Source: Nanobdellati archaeon
Lineage (GTDB): Archaea; Nanobdellota; Nanobdellia; UBA10117
NCBI GenBank assembly: GCA_016204275.1
Contig: JACQKZ010000012.1
Coordinates: forward strand, 1 to 58,259
DNA: 58,259 nucleotides
Direction: 5' to 3'
The translations under genes and the position numbers were made by a program. This document shows, piece after piece, positions 50,278 through 58,259 of the stretch. Numbering within the stretch: the first letter of the stretch is position 1; each line of letters opens with the position of its first letter. The notes below the pieces were generated by a model. The model saw only the letters and a program-made list of their open reading frames with translations. It searched no databases and was not told the origin of the DNA.

Positions 50278-50344
50278 AAAGATTAAAGACAAGAATATCT
50301 GCGATACGCCCCTAACACGAATGAATCCACGAATGAAAAAACTG

Positions 50345-52054
50345 CTAAGTATTTAAGCTAACTTCAAACCCCACGACCGGCATCCCCAAATTCCAGTTTT
50401 TAATGACTTGCGGATGAATTTCACCAATAAAACCAATCTGCTTGCCATCCTTCATCACAGCAGCAGACCTGCCAGAAATAAAAGATGGATGTTCGTGCTC
50501 AACAAAAATAATTTTCCAGCCCAAAGCGCCGGCAACTGCTTCCAAGGCTTGTTTGGCGTCTGTGAAGTTAGCATTTGTATCTGAAAAAGCAAACGCTAGT
50601 TTTCGAACGGTGTCACTGCCAACTTCAGCTTTAGCATTTAGTATAACGCAGTCGCCAACTTCAAAAATTTTCTGCGGGAACTCCTTTGCTGTGTTCTTGG
50701 ACAAAAACTCGAGCAGCGATGGCAGAAGCCAGCTTCGCACTACTGAGTAAGTGAAAGATACGGGATTATCAATTTCAATAACTCCCAAACCGAACGAAGT
50801 TTGGCTGGGGCCAGCTAATCGCTGTTCGCTTGCACCTTCTGCGAGCATATTCATATTCCCAAATAGGTATTCGTTGTTAGTCAAAACAAATGACATAATT
50901 TCCTGCGCGCCGGTTCCAATACACAGCTCCCGAATTTTTCTGGATAGTTTTTCATTTTCGGATAATTTTCCAACTGATGGAAGTGCGGCGGACTCGGGCG
51001 TAAATTTATCAAGCCCATGAAAGATTGCAACATCTTCATAAATGTCGACTTGGTGCATTATGTCTGTGCGGTAAGACGGAATTGTTACGTGAATTAAATT
51101 TTTTTCTGCCGAAACGTTATATCTGGCTTTTTGCAGTGCCTTAACAACATCCTCTGCAGATAATTTTTCTCCTAGCAGCTTGCTAACGTCATCAACTTTT
51201 ATTTCATAATGCCGCGTTTCAAAGTGCGGCGTTGCATCCGGCTTTCTGCTCGGGTAATCAATAATAACAGAATACAAATCCCCGCCCCGATCAGCAAAAG
51301 TTATCGCCATAATTCGCAGCACATTGTTTACGGATTCATAATCTGTACCGGTAACCTCAACCAAAACATTTGTAGTTTTTTCATTTACCTGCCCAAGGTC
51401 GTTGGAGTTTATTACTGGCGGCATAGAAAGTACATTATTTTTGGCATCTGTAAAAATTGGGTAGTAAGAAAGCCCTTTGAGCAGATGTTGGTACTCGAGG
51501 CCTTTCGGATGTTTTTCCAAAATTTGTTTTGGCAGCAGCTTCTCTGTAAAAGTCAGAGGAACAAAAGCATTCTCATCCGGTTTTGTAATTCCATATTTTA
51601 GCGGCCAGGCCAGCAGGTCTAAGTTGTAAAGGCCGATCGAGGTCTTTGCCCTTTTTCGCCCATAAGTGCCGTCAATCTTGTCCTGTTGCTGCATAATCTG
51701 TTTAATAAGTTCGTCCGTAAGTTTTATATTTTTTACAACGACGCAGGCAATGTAGGGCCGTATCTTCTCGAGCTTTTGATTTACAAAAATTCTGTAGTCT
51801 GACGCGCGAACTTTATACTCTTTAATTCCCTTCTCTACATCCAGTGCACCCCTTAGTTCGCGGGCCAGTCCTTCTACACACCACAAGTCCGGCCTGTTTG
51901 TGTCGCCAACTTTAATTGTCAGAGCGTCACCTTCAAAATTCTCTATCTCACTTTTTAGCATCCAAATATATGGTTCAAGCTTCTCAACGCTAGAAGGCAG
52001 TTTTGGCCCGACAAGTTTCTTCAAATCTGAAAACGAAACGTCAATGTTTGGCAT
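50345..52054 (-). CDS. pheT: Phenylalanine--tRNA ligase beta subunit
   Basis: NRPDLWCVEG, SMPPVINS, YRTDIMHQVDIYEDVAI, IGEIHP. Confidence 0.95.
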   Translation of the reverse strand: MPNIDVSFSDLKKLVGPKLPSSVEKLEPYIWMLKSEIENFEGDALTIKVGDTNRPDLWCVEGLARELRGALDVEKGIKEYKVRASDYRIFVNQKLEKIRPYIACVVVKNIKLTDELIKQIMQQQDKIDGTYGRKRAKTSIGLYNLDLLAWPLKYGITKPDENAFVPLTFTEKLLPKQILEKHPKGLEYQHLLKGLSYYPIFTDAKNNVLSMPPVINSNDLGQVNEKTTNVLVEVTGTDYESVNNVLRIMAITFADRGGDLYSVIIDYPSRKPDATPHFETRHYEIKVDDVSKLLGEKLSAEDVVKALQKARYNVSAEKNLIHVTIPSYRTDIMHQVDIYEDVAIFHGLDKFTPESAALPSVGKLSENEKLSRKIRELCIGTGAQEIMSFVLTNNEYLFGNMNMLAEGASEQRLAGPSQTSFGLGVIEIDNPVSFTYSVVRSWLLPSLLEFLSKNTAKEFPQKIFEVGDCVILNAKAEVGSDTVRKLAFAFSDTNANFTDAKQALEAVAGALGWKIIFVEHEHPSFISGRSAAVMKDGKQIGFIGEIHPQVIKNWNLGMPVVGFEVSLNT

Positions 52055-52055
52055 C

Positions 52056-53579
52056 TTACACCTTTGCCCCTCTTAGCCAACTAATATCTTGGCTAAACAG
52101 CTGCCTGATATCTTTTATACTTTCGCGAATCATGAAAAGCCTGTCGACGCCGATGCCCCAAGCAAGCACGGGAACTTTTACGCCGAGCGGCAGTGTAACC
52201 TCGGGGCGGAAGATGCCAGCGCCTAAAGCTTCAACCCACTTGTTAAGCGCAGGGCTCCAGATGTCAACTTCGATGGAAGGCTCAGTATACGGAAAATAGT
52301 GCGGACGGAATCTCACTTTGTCCGAACCGGTAATTTTCTTCGCGAACTCTGCAAGCAGGCCAAGCAGTTTTCTCAAGCTGGCATTTTCATCCAGAACAAT
52401 ACCCTCTGTCTGGTTGAACTCCACGAGATGCGTGGCGTCAAGAACATCTGGGCGGAACACACGCGCAACCGCGAAATATGCGCCAGGAACCTTCAAATTT
52501 TTTGACATCATAGTCCTTGCTGAAAGTGCTGTCCCCTGCGTGCGCAAGATCAACCGTGCTGCTTCTTTTTCGTTAAACTGATATTGCCAGCCAGTGCTTC
52601 CGGTCCTGCCGCCATTCTCATGTGCGGTTGCAACTTCCTTCAAAAAATGTTTGTGCGCGTCAAGGCTTCCGTATTTTGGATCTCTAACAGAGTAAACATC
52701 GTGAATGCCTCTTGCGGGGTGGTCCTGCGGCATGTAGAGCGCGTCATTGTTGAAGAATGATAGTTCAACAAGCGGGCCAGTCATTTCTTCAAATCCCAGC
52801 GCGACAAGTTCGTCTTTCACTTCTTCCAAAAATCGCACATATGCCTGTTTTTTGCCGATAAATATTTCGGGGACTCTGGCTTCAACGTCAAAGCGCCTGA
52901 ATTGCTTGCTTGCCCACTCGCCGGATTTTATTATGGCAGGAGTTATTTGGCCGATCTTCTCGCCTGGCCTGACTGCATCTGCAACCCTTGCGCCTAAATC
53001 AGTAATTGTAAAAATGCGGGCAGTCCTGACATCACTAGTTGCCAGCCCGCGCTTTCTTAGCCGTTCAAATGCTTCCCTATCCTCTGGAGGCAGTTCGCTG
53101 ATAACAAAATCTTCTGCGGAATTAAATTTACTAATAAACTTTTCTTCAATGGTTTTTTTGTCTTTGTAGCTGAGGCCGGCTTCATTTAATTCTGTTTTGC
53201 CTTTTGATATTATAATTGCGCTTTTTTGCCGCCAATACCCGAGGGCAGCATTAAATTCCCTTGCATCCATAAATTTTGTTATTAACTTGTCGGCTGTCAC
53301 GCCCGCGGCAAGCGCTTCAACCAATTTTCTTTCCGGCAAGTTTTCAGTAATATAGTTTTTCCCGAGCTTTGTAAGGGCAGCAACGTTAATCTTTGTTTCT
53401 TTTATTTCGACCAAGCCCTTATTTTCCAGCCAGAGCGCAGACCTTGCCACCGCGGACTGATCCAGCTTTGTATCTGCCTGCAGTTCGGCATTGCTGGCCT
53501 GCCCGTGCCTCTTCAGGGCTTTGAGAATATGGATTTCGTTATCTTGCAGGGAGTCTGCCAGCTTAGTTAGGTTAGCCAT
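52056..53579 (-). CDS. pheS: Phenylalanine--tRNA ligase alpha subunit
   Basis: PQDHPAR, VFRPDVLDATHLVEFNQ, YFPYTEPS, GAGIFRPEV, AWGIGVDRL. Confidence 0.95.
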   Translation of the reverse strand: MANLTKLADSLQDNEIHILKALKRHGQASNAELQADTKLDQSAVARSALWLENKGLVEIKETKINVAALTKLGKNYITENLPERKLVEALAAGVTADKLITKFMDAREFNAALGYWRQKSAIIISKGKTELNEAGLSYKDKKTIEEKFISKFNSAEDFVISELPPEDREAFERLRKRGLATSDVRTARIFTITDLGARVADAVRPGEKIGQITPAIIKSGEWASKQFRRFDVEARVPEIFIGKKQAYVRFLEEVKDELVALGFEEMTGPLVELSFFNNDALYMPQDHPARGIHDVYSVRDPKYGSLDAHKHFLKEVATAHENGGRTGSTGWQYQFNEKEAARLILRTQGTALSARTMMSKNLKVPGAYFAVARVFRPDVLDATHLVEFNQTEGIVLDENASLRKLLGLLAEFAKKITGSDKVRFRPHYFPYTEPSIEVDIWSPALNKWVEALGAGIFRPEVTLPLGVKVPVLAWGIGVDRLFMIRESIKDIRQLFSQDISWLRGAKV

Positions 53580-53632
53580 GCAGCTATTATTCCTGCCGCA
53601 TTTAAAAATTGTTTGTCCATGAAATGTCATAA

Positions 53633-54091
53633 CTAAAAGAATAATAAGTCCGCAGTCGCCGCAGACACAACGGCAGGCAATGCAATCACAACAGTTTGTT
53701 TCAGCATGAGGTCCATCGTTGCCGCTGTGTTAAAAACAAAAACGAACAAAAGCGAAGTCAGGAATGAAATTGCGTAAATTTCAACTGCCCGCAGGCTTGC
53801 CGCGTGTTCGAGTTGTATAGAAACGGCTTTTCTTCTTCGCGACAAATAAACTAGGGAAAATCCCATAATCATTGAAATTGTAAAGATTGCTAAAATATTT
53901 ACTGCATGCAGGTGTTTTGCAATTTCCCATATTTCAGATGTAACCGCAAAGAAAACTGCGCCGAATGCTGCGCCGACAAAATCCTCGAGAAGCAGGATAG
54001 ACACCCTGCCATGCATCCAGGCTAGCTCATGCCTGCCATTTCGGTGTGGCGCTGCCCGAGCTCTAAGTTTAAGTGAAAACGCCTTGACCAT
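53633..54091 (-). CDS. Integral membrane protein (DUF2391-like)
   Basis: EDFVGAAFGA...TSEIWEIA; four hydrophobic segments; SAATADLL. Confidence 0.65.
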   Translation of the reverse strand: MVKAFSLKLRARAAPHRNGRHELAWMHGRVSILLLEDFVGAAFGAVFFAVTSEIWEIAKHLHAVNILAIFTISMIMGFSLVYLSRRRKAVSIQLEHAASLRAVEIYAISFLTSLLFVFVFNTAATMDLMLKQTVVIALPAVVSAATADLLFF

Positions 54092-54129
54092 TTTAATGTA
54101 ATATATTTGCTATTTAAAAACTTAATGAG

Positions 54130-54464
54130 TGGGCCCGGGCTGAATTTCTTCGACTGTATTTATTGCATTCGGCAAAGCCGAATGCGATCCCGTCTTTCTT
54201 GGGATACAAACAAAATCCACGAGGATTTTGTTGTACGGCCGAACATTGTTCGGTCGTAAACGTTAGACCTTCTTTCCGGAAAGAAAGAAGGGCTGTCGAT
54301 TCGAACAGCCGACCTCTGCCTTACTGATTCTTCGCCCGTAAAGTTTTGTGCGATTGTAAATCGCACTATTTTTCTTTTGGGGTTTCACAGAGAACTTTTC
54401 TTTTTTTAAAAAGAAAAGGGCTGTGTTATCAGAGCAGCGCTCTACCGGGCTAAGCTACGGGCCC
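54130..54464 (-). tRNA. tRNA-Ile(GAT) with introns at 37/38 (54322..54426) and 59/60 (54144..54299)
   Basis: 74-nt cloverleaf after removing 105- and 156-nt introns; CTGA/TCAG central helix. Confidence 0.87.
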
Positions 54465-54500
54465 ACGATATAAATCAAATAATTACAGTTTAAAAAGTTT

Positions 54501-54869
54501 CTATTTGCCGCTCGCAACTTTGTAAATGGCTAGCAGGCTTACAATCACAACAGCAGGCGCGACAAGGACAACAAAATACTGCAGGACGTTTACTAACAGC
54601 GGGCCGGCAATAGGTATAAACTTAAAACTCTGCGAGGATATAATAAGCGCGACGCTGGCCAGCAGGAAATTATGTGTTTCCTTTGCCCGTATGTTAAGCA
54701 GGCCGATGGCTATGCCCAGAAGCGCAAGGACAGAAGCAACAAACTTTTTGTCAGGTATGACTGTGCCAAGCGCAATTGCCAGCAGGATTCCAAACAAAAA
54801 AATCCAATGTCCAATCACGTGCAGTTCGTACCCAAAAATTCCGGTTTTAGCTTTCCCTCTCGCAGCCAT
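54501..54869 (-). CDS. Small integral membrane protein
   Basis: Four hydrophobic segments, IGLLNI..KE...FLLA motif. Confidence 0.7.
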   Translation of the reverse strand: MAARGKAKTGIFGYELHVIGHWIFLFGILLAIALGTVIPDKKFVASVLALLGIAIGLLNIRAKETHNFLLASVALIISSQSFKFIPIAGPLLVNVLQYFVVLVAPAVVIVSLLAIYKVASGK

Positions 54870-54958
54870 AATATAACTAATATGGGGCAATTTAAAACGA
54901 TTGTTCACTACTAATGTATTATGAAACTTTTAAAAACTCAGTTTAATATTATTCGTCT

Positions 54959-55030
54959 GGGCAGGTAGTTCAGTGGTAGAACGTCACGTTCGCAACGTGA
55001 AGGCCGTGGGTTCAATCCCCACCCTGTCCA
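54959..55030 (+). tRNA. tRNA-Ala(CGC), intronless
   Basis: 72-nt cloverleaf, G3-U70, TCACG-TTCGCAA-CGTGA. Confidence 0.95.
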
Positions 55031-55414
55031 CTAACTTCCAACGCGGGCCTGCAAATCCTTTTTCAGCCCGCCAAATGTTTCTAAAAGTTGATTTCGCTGG
55101 CTTGCCAGAAATTCCTCATATGCCTCGCGTTCGCCCGGTGCTGGCGCTGGCTTGCCAGGGATGTTTTTAACAAAATTTTTATAGTAAGCGTCTAACGCCG
55201 CATTAAACGTAGCAGCTGCTTTGTAAGCAATCTGCGCGGCATAAGCTGCGTCACCTAGGGCCGGCACTTTTTCAGTAGCAACTATTGCCTGCCATGCGTT
55301 TGTGTTTAATGCCTGGCCAACATTAATTAAATTAATATTCGTAGTTACTTCGTCCAATAGAGATTTAGCTATGACGTGGTCGCCGTTTCTGCGTAAAAAT
55401 CCAAGTGCAGACAT
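55031..55414 (-). CDS. Hypothetical protein
   Basis: 127-aa ORF from MSALG, stop abuts tRNA-Ala 3' end. Confidence 0.5.
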   Translation of the reverse strand: MSALGFLRRNGDHVIAKSLLDEVTTNINLINVGQALNTNAWQAIVATEKVPALGDAAYAAQIAYKAAATFNAALDAYYKNFVKNIPGKPAPAPGEREAYEEFLASQRNQLLETFGGLKKDLQARVGS

Positions 55415-55451
55415 AGCAAACCATAAAAACCCAAAGAATTTAAAACTTTCT

Positions 55452-56249
55452 ATGGATCGGCTAGTATTTTTGGGCACCGGCGGCGGTAGAATAGTAGTTG
55501 CAAACCAGTATGTTGGCACCGGCGGATTTATTATACAAACAGAAGGCTATCAGATTTGGGTGGACCCAGGCGTAGGCGCAATCGTGCGGGCGAAACAATT
55601 CGGCGTTAGCGCTGCTAGGACAGATATTATTTACGTCACTCATCAGCATATAGATCACTGTAACGATGCTAATGCAGTAGTTGATGCAATGACACTCGGC
55701 GGCATAAAACAGCGTGGCACGATAATAAGCACACCTACTCTGATAAACGGCTCAGATAAGGATCAGCCCTGGCTCAACACAGCATTCAAGGCATATTTGA
55801 AGGATTCGTTTGCAATTAAACCAGGAGACAAAATAAAAATAGATAAATTAAATTTTGTAGCAACGCCGGCCAGGCATGACATAGAGTACTGTAATGGCCT
55901 GCGGCTTGAGACGCCAAAATTTACGCTGGGTTATACTTCTGACACCGCTTATTTTCCCGAGCTGGCAGAAGCCTACAAAGGCTGCAGCATCCTGATACTC
56001 GATGTCCTGAAGCCAGGCAACGAAGCGTGGAAGACGCATTTTAATTCTGAGGATGCAGCAAAATTAATCGCCGAAGTTAAGCCGGAGCTGGCCATCCTCA
56101 CTCACTTCGGCGCGAAAATGCTGCGGGCAAACCCAATCTACGAAGCCAGAAACATACAAAAGAAAACCGGCATCCGCACCCTGGCAGCGCAGGACGGCAT
56201 GCGCATAGATTTGAGAAGCCTGGCCAGCCAGACGAAGCTAGAAAGTTAA
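55452..56249 (+). CDS. MBL-fold metallo-hydrolase
   Basis: FLGTGGG, VDPG, THQHIDH, YTSDT, LTHFG. Confidence 0.9.
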   Translation: MDRLVFLGTGGGRIVVANQYVGTGGFIIQTEGYQIWVDPGVGAIVRAKQFGVSAARTDIIYVTHQHIDHCNDANAVVDAMTLGGIKQRGTIISTPTLINGSDKDQPWLNTAFKAYLKDSFAIKPGDKIKIDKLNFVATPARHDIEYCNGLRLETPKFTLGYTSDTAYFPELAEAYKGCSILILDVLKPGNEAWKTHFNSEDAAKLIAEVKPELAILTHFGAKMLRANPIYEARNIQKKTGIRTLAAQDGMRIDLRSLASQTKLES

Positions 56250-56286
56250 TCGCTAGCCTTTTAAATTCGGAATTTTTTTAAAAAAC

Positions 56287-58259
56287 ATGGCGCTCGCCCC
56301 AAAGCCAGACTTCAAAGTTATAGAAAGTAAGTGGCAGAAGTTCTGGCTAGATAATAAGATTTACAAGTTTGATCCTAAATCTAAGAAGAATGTTTTTTCG
56401 ATTGATACGCCGCCGCCATACATTTCTGGAAACCCGCATATGGGACACGGGGTTTCTTACACTGGCTTTGAATTTATTGCGCGATATAAGAGAATGAAAG
56501 GTTTCAACGTCTTTTTTCCGATTGGGTTTGATGACAATGGCCACCCGACCGAGCGCTATGTTGAAAAAAAACATAATATAAGAAGTACGGACGTCCCGCG
56601 GCAGAAATTTATAGAGCTATGCCGACAGGAAACTGAGATTCTGGAAAAAACCGCAAAGGAAAGTTTCGTAAGGCTCGGGCACAGTTACGATTGGGATTTA
56701 TTTTACTCAACAATATCTGATAAGGCAATAAAAACTGCACAATTATCGTTCCTCGATTTATACAAAAAAAAGCTAGCCTACCGCACAGAAGAGCCTGGCC
56801 TGTGGTGTGTTGAGTGCCAGACCGCGTTAAGCCAAGCAGATGTTGAAGACGAAGAGCGCGAGACAAAGCTTAATTTCATAGACTTCAAGCTCGAAAATAG
56901 CGGGACATTACAAATAGCAACCACGCGGCCAGAGCTTCTCCCTGCCTGCGTGGGAATTTTTGTCCATCCAGAAGATGCAAGGTATAAAAAATTTATTGGA
57001 AAAAATGCAGTTGTGCCATTATTTCATCATGTCGTGCCGATAATTGCGGACAAAAAAGTTGATCCAAACTTCGGGACTGGCGCGGTAATGATCTGCACCT
57101 TTGGTGACAAGACAGATGTTGAGTGGTGGCGCACGCACGGGCTGGCCCTTCGGATTGTGCTTGAGAAAAATGGCAGGCTGGGACACGATGCGCATGAGTT
57201 TGCCGGCACGAAAATCAAGGAAGCGCGCGAAAAAATAATAGATAAGTTAAAAGAAACAGAACATCTTGTTAAGCAGGAGCCGCTGAAGCAAAATGTTGGC
57301 GTATGCTGGCGCTGCCACAAGCCAGTTGAACTGATAATTACAAAACAATGGGCCATAAAAGCAATCGAGGCAAAGAAAGAGCTGTTAGATGCCAGCCAAA
57401 AATTAAACTGGGTGCCGCAATACCACTCCAAGCGTTTCGAAGACTGGGTAAAAAATCTTAACACCGATTGGGTAATATCGCGCCAAAGGCATTACGGCGT
57501 GCCGATTCCTGTTTGGTATTGCAAGGCCTGCGATTCAGAATTGGTGGCTGGCGAGAGCGAACTGCCGGTAGACCCAAACACAAAGTTGCCTGCAAAGTCA
57601 AAATGCAAATGTGGATCAGCAGAATGGCGGCCGGATGCAGATGTCTTTGACACGTGGATGACTTCTTCGCTCACGCCGCAGATTAACCGCGGATTTTCTA
57701 AGGAGAGCATTCCGTTCGATATGCGGCCGCAGGGTTATGATATAATCAGGACGTGGGCGTTCTACACAATTCTGAAATCACTGTACCACTTCAAAAAAAT
57801 TCCTTGGAAGAACGCAATGGTTAATGGAATGGTTCTGGATCCAAAGGGCAAGGCAATGCATAAATCATTGGGAAATGTTATCGATCCGATGGCACAGGTC
57901 GATAAGTATGGCTCAGATGCGTTTAGATACTTTGCATCAACAGTAAACATAGGTGAAGACGCGCCATTTCAGGAAAAGGAAATTGTGCATGGGCAAAAAC
58001 TCCTGATAAAACTTTGGAACGTCGCCAGATTCGCAGAACCGCACTTATCTAAGGCTAGCAAGAGTACAAACATAATCGACAAATGGATTTTATCGAGATT
58101 ATCAGAAATAATTAAAATATATGAGAAAAATTTTGATAATTACGATGCTGTTCCTGCGCGAAGAGAGCTCGAGCAGTTCTTCTGGCATGAGTTATGTGAC
58201 TTTTATCTGGAGATGATCAAGCCCAGAATATATGGTTCTGATGAAAAAGCTAAGGCAGA
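56287..58259 (+). CDS. valS: Valine--tRNA ligase (runs off window end)
   Basis: IDTPPPYISGNPHMGH, GFDDNG, TTRPELL, FGTGAVM, WVISRQR, DVFDTW, AMHKSLGN; missing from the ORF track, presumably because there is no stop in the window. Confidence 0.95.
   Translation, partial: MALAPKPDFKVIESKWQKFWLDNKIYKFDPKSKKNVFSIDTPPPYISGNPHMGHGVSYTGFEFIARYKRMKGFNVFFPIGFDDNGHPTERYVEKKHNIRSTDVPRQKFIELCRQETEILEKTAKESFVRLGHSYDWDLFYSTISDKAIKTAQLSFLDLYKKKLAYRTEEPGLWCVECQTALSQADVEDEERETKLNFIDFKLENSGTLQIATTRPELLPACVGIFVHPEDARYKKFIGKNAVVPLFHHVVPIIADKKVDPNFGTGAVMICTFGDKTDVEWWRTHGLALRIVLEKNGRLGHDAHEFAGTKIKEAREKIIDKLKETEHLVKQEPLKQNVGVCWRCHKPVELIITKQWAIKAIEAKKELLDASQKLNWVPQYHSKRFEDWVKNLNTDWVISRQRHYGVPIPVWYCKACDSELVAGESELPVDPNTKLPAKSKCKCGSAEWRPDADVFDTWMTSSLTPQINRGFSKESIPFDMRPQGYDIIRTWAFYTILKSLYHFKKIPWKNAMVNGMVLDPKGKAMHKSLGNVIDPMAQVDKYGSDAFRYFASTVNIGEDAPFQEKEIVHGQKLLIKLWNVARFAEPHLSKASKSTNIIDKWILSRLSEIIKIYEKNFDNYDAVPARRELEQFFWHELCDFYLEMIKPRIYGSDEKAKA

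Overview
Archaeal chromosome segment, most likely from a small-genome DPANN-type lineage (TFIIB, L7Ae/S28e/L24e/S8e/L37e, Sm, DTD2, Trm1, archaeal-type aminoacyl-tRNA synthetases, TATA-driven and often apparently leaderless genes). The backbone is translation and DNA-maintenance genes (gltX, argS, tyrS, lysS, pheS/pheT, partial valS, Lhr plus metallophosphoesterase) with accessory blocks in between. Six tRNA genes could be read by eye. Four of them carry 2-3 bulge-helix-bulge-type introns (positions 20/21, 37/38, 59/60), and several introns share a hairpin-repeat family that also occurs outside tRNAs. The most striking unannotated pattern is that three essential genes (rpl37e, lysS, pheT) are each followed by inserted DNA and then by a diverged orphan copy of their own 3' end, with no integrase in the window. 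This suggests repeated cargo acquisition by 3'-end replacement. Other notable items: a six-gene paralog array divergent from a P-loop ATPase, a 1211-aa multi-winged-helix protein operon, a tRNA-Tyr gene nested inside the coding tail of an HTH-racemase fusion just upstream of tyrS, and a 32-aa Cys-rich ORF inside the rpl7ae-rps28e operon. No CRISPR array, rRNA, transposase or integrase was recognised. All calls come from reading motifs by eye; no database searches were run.
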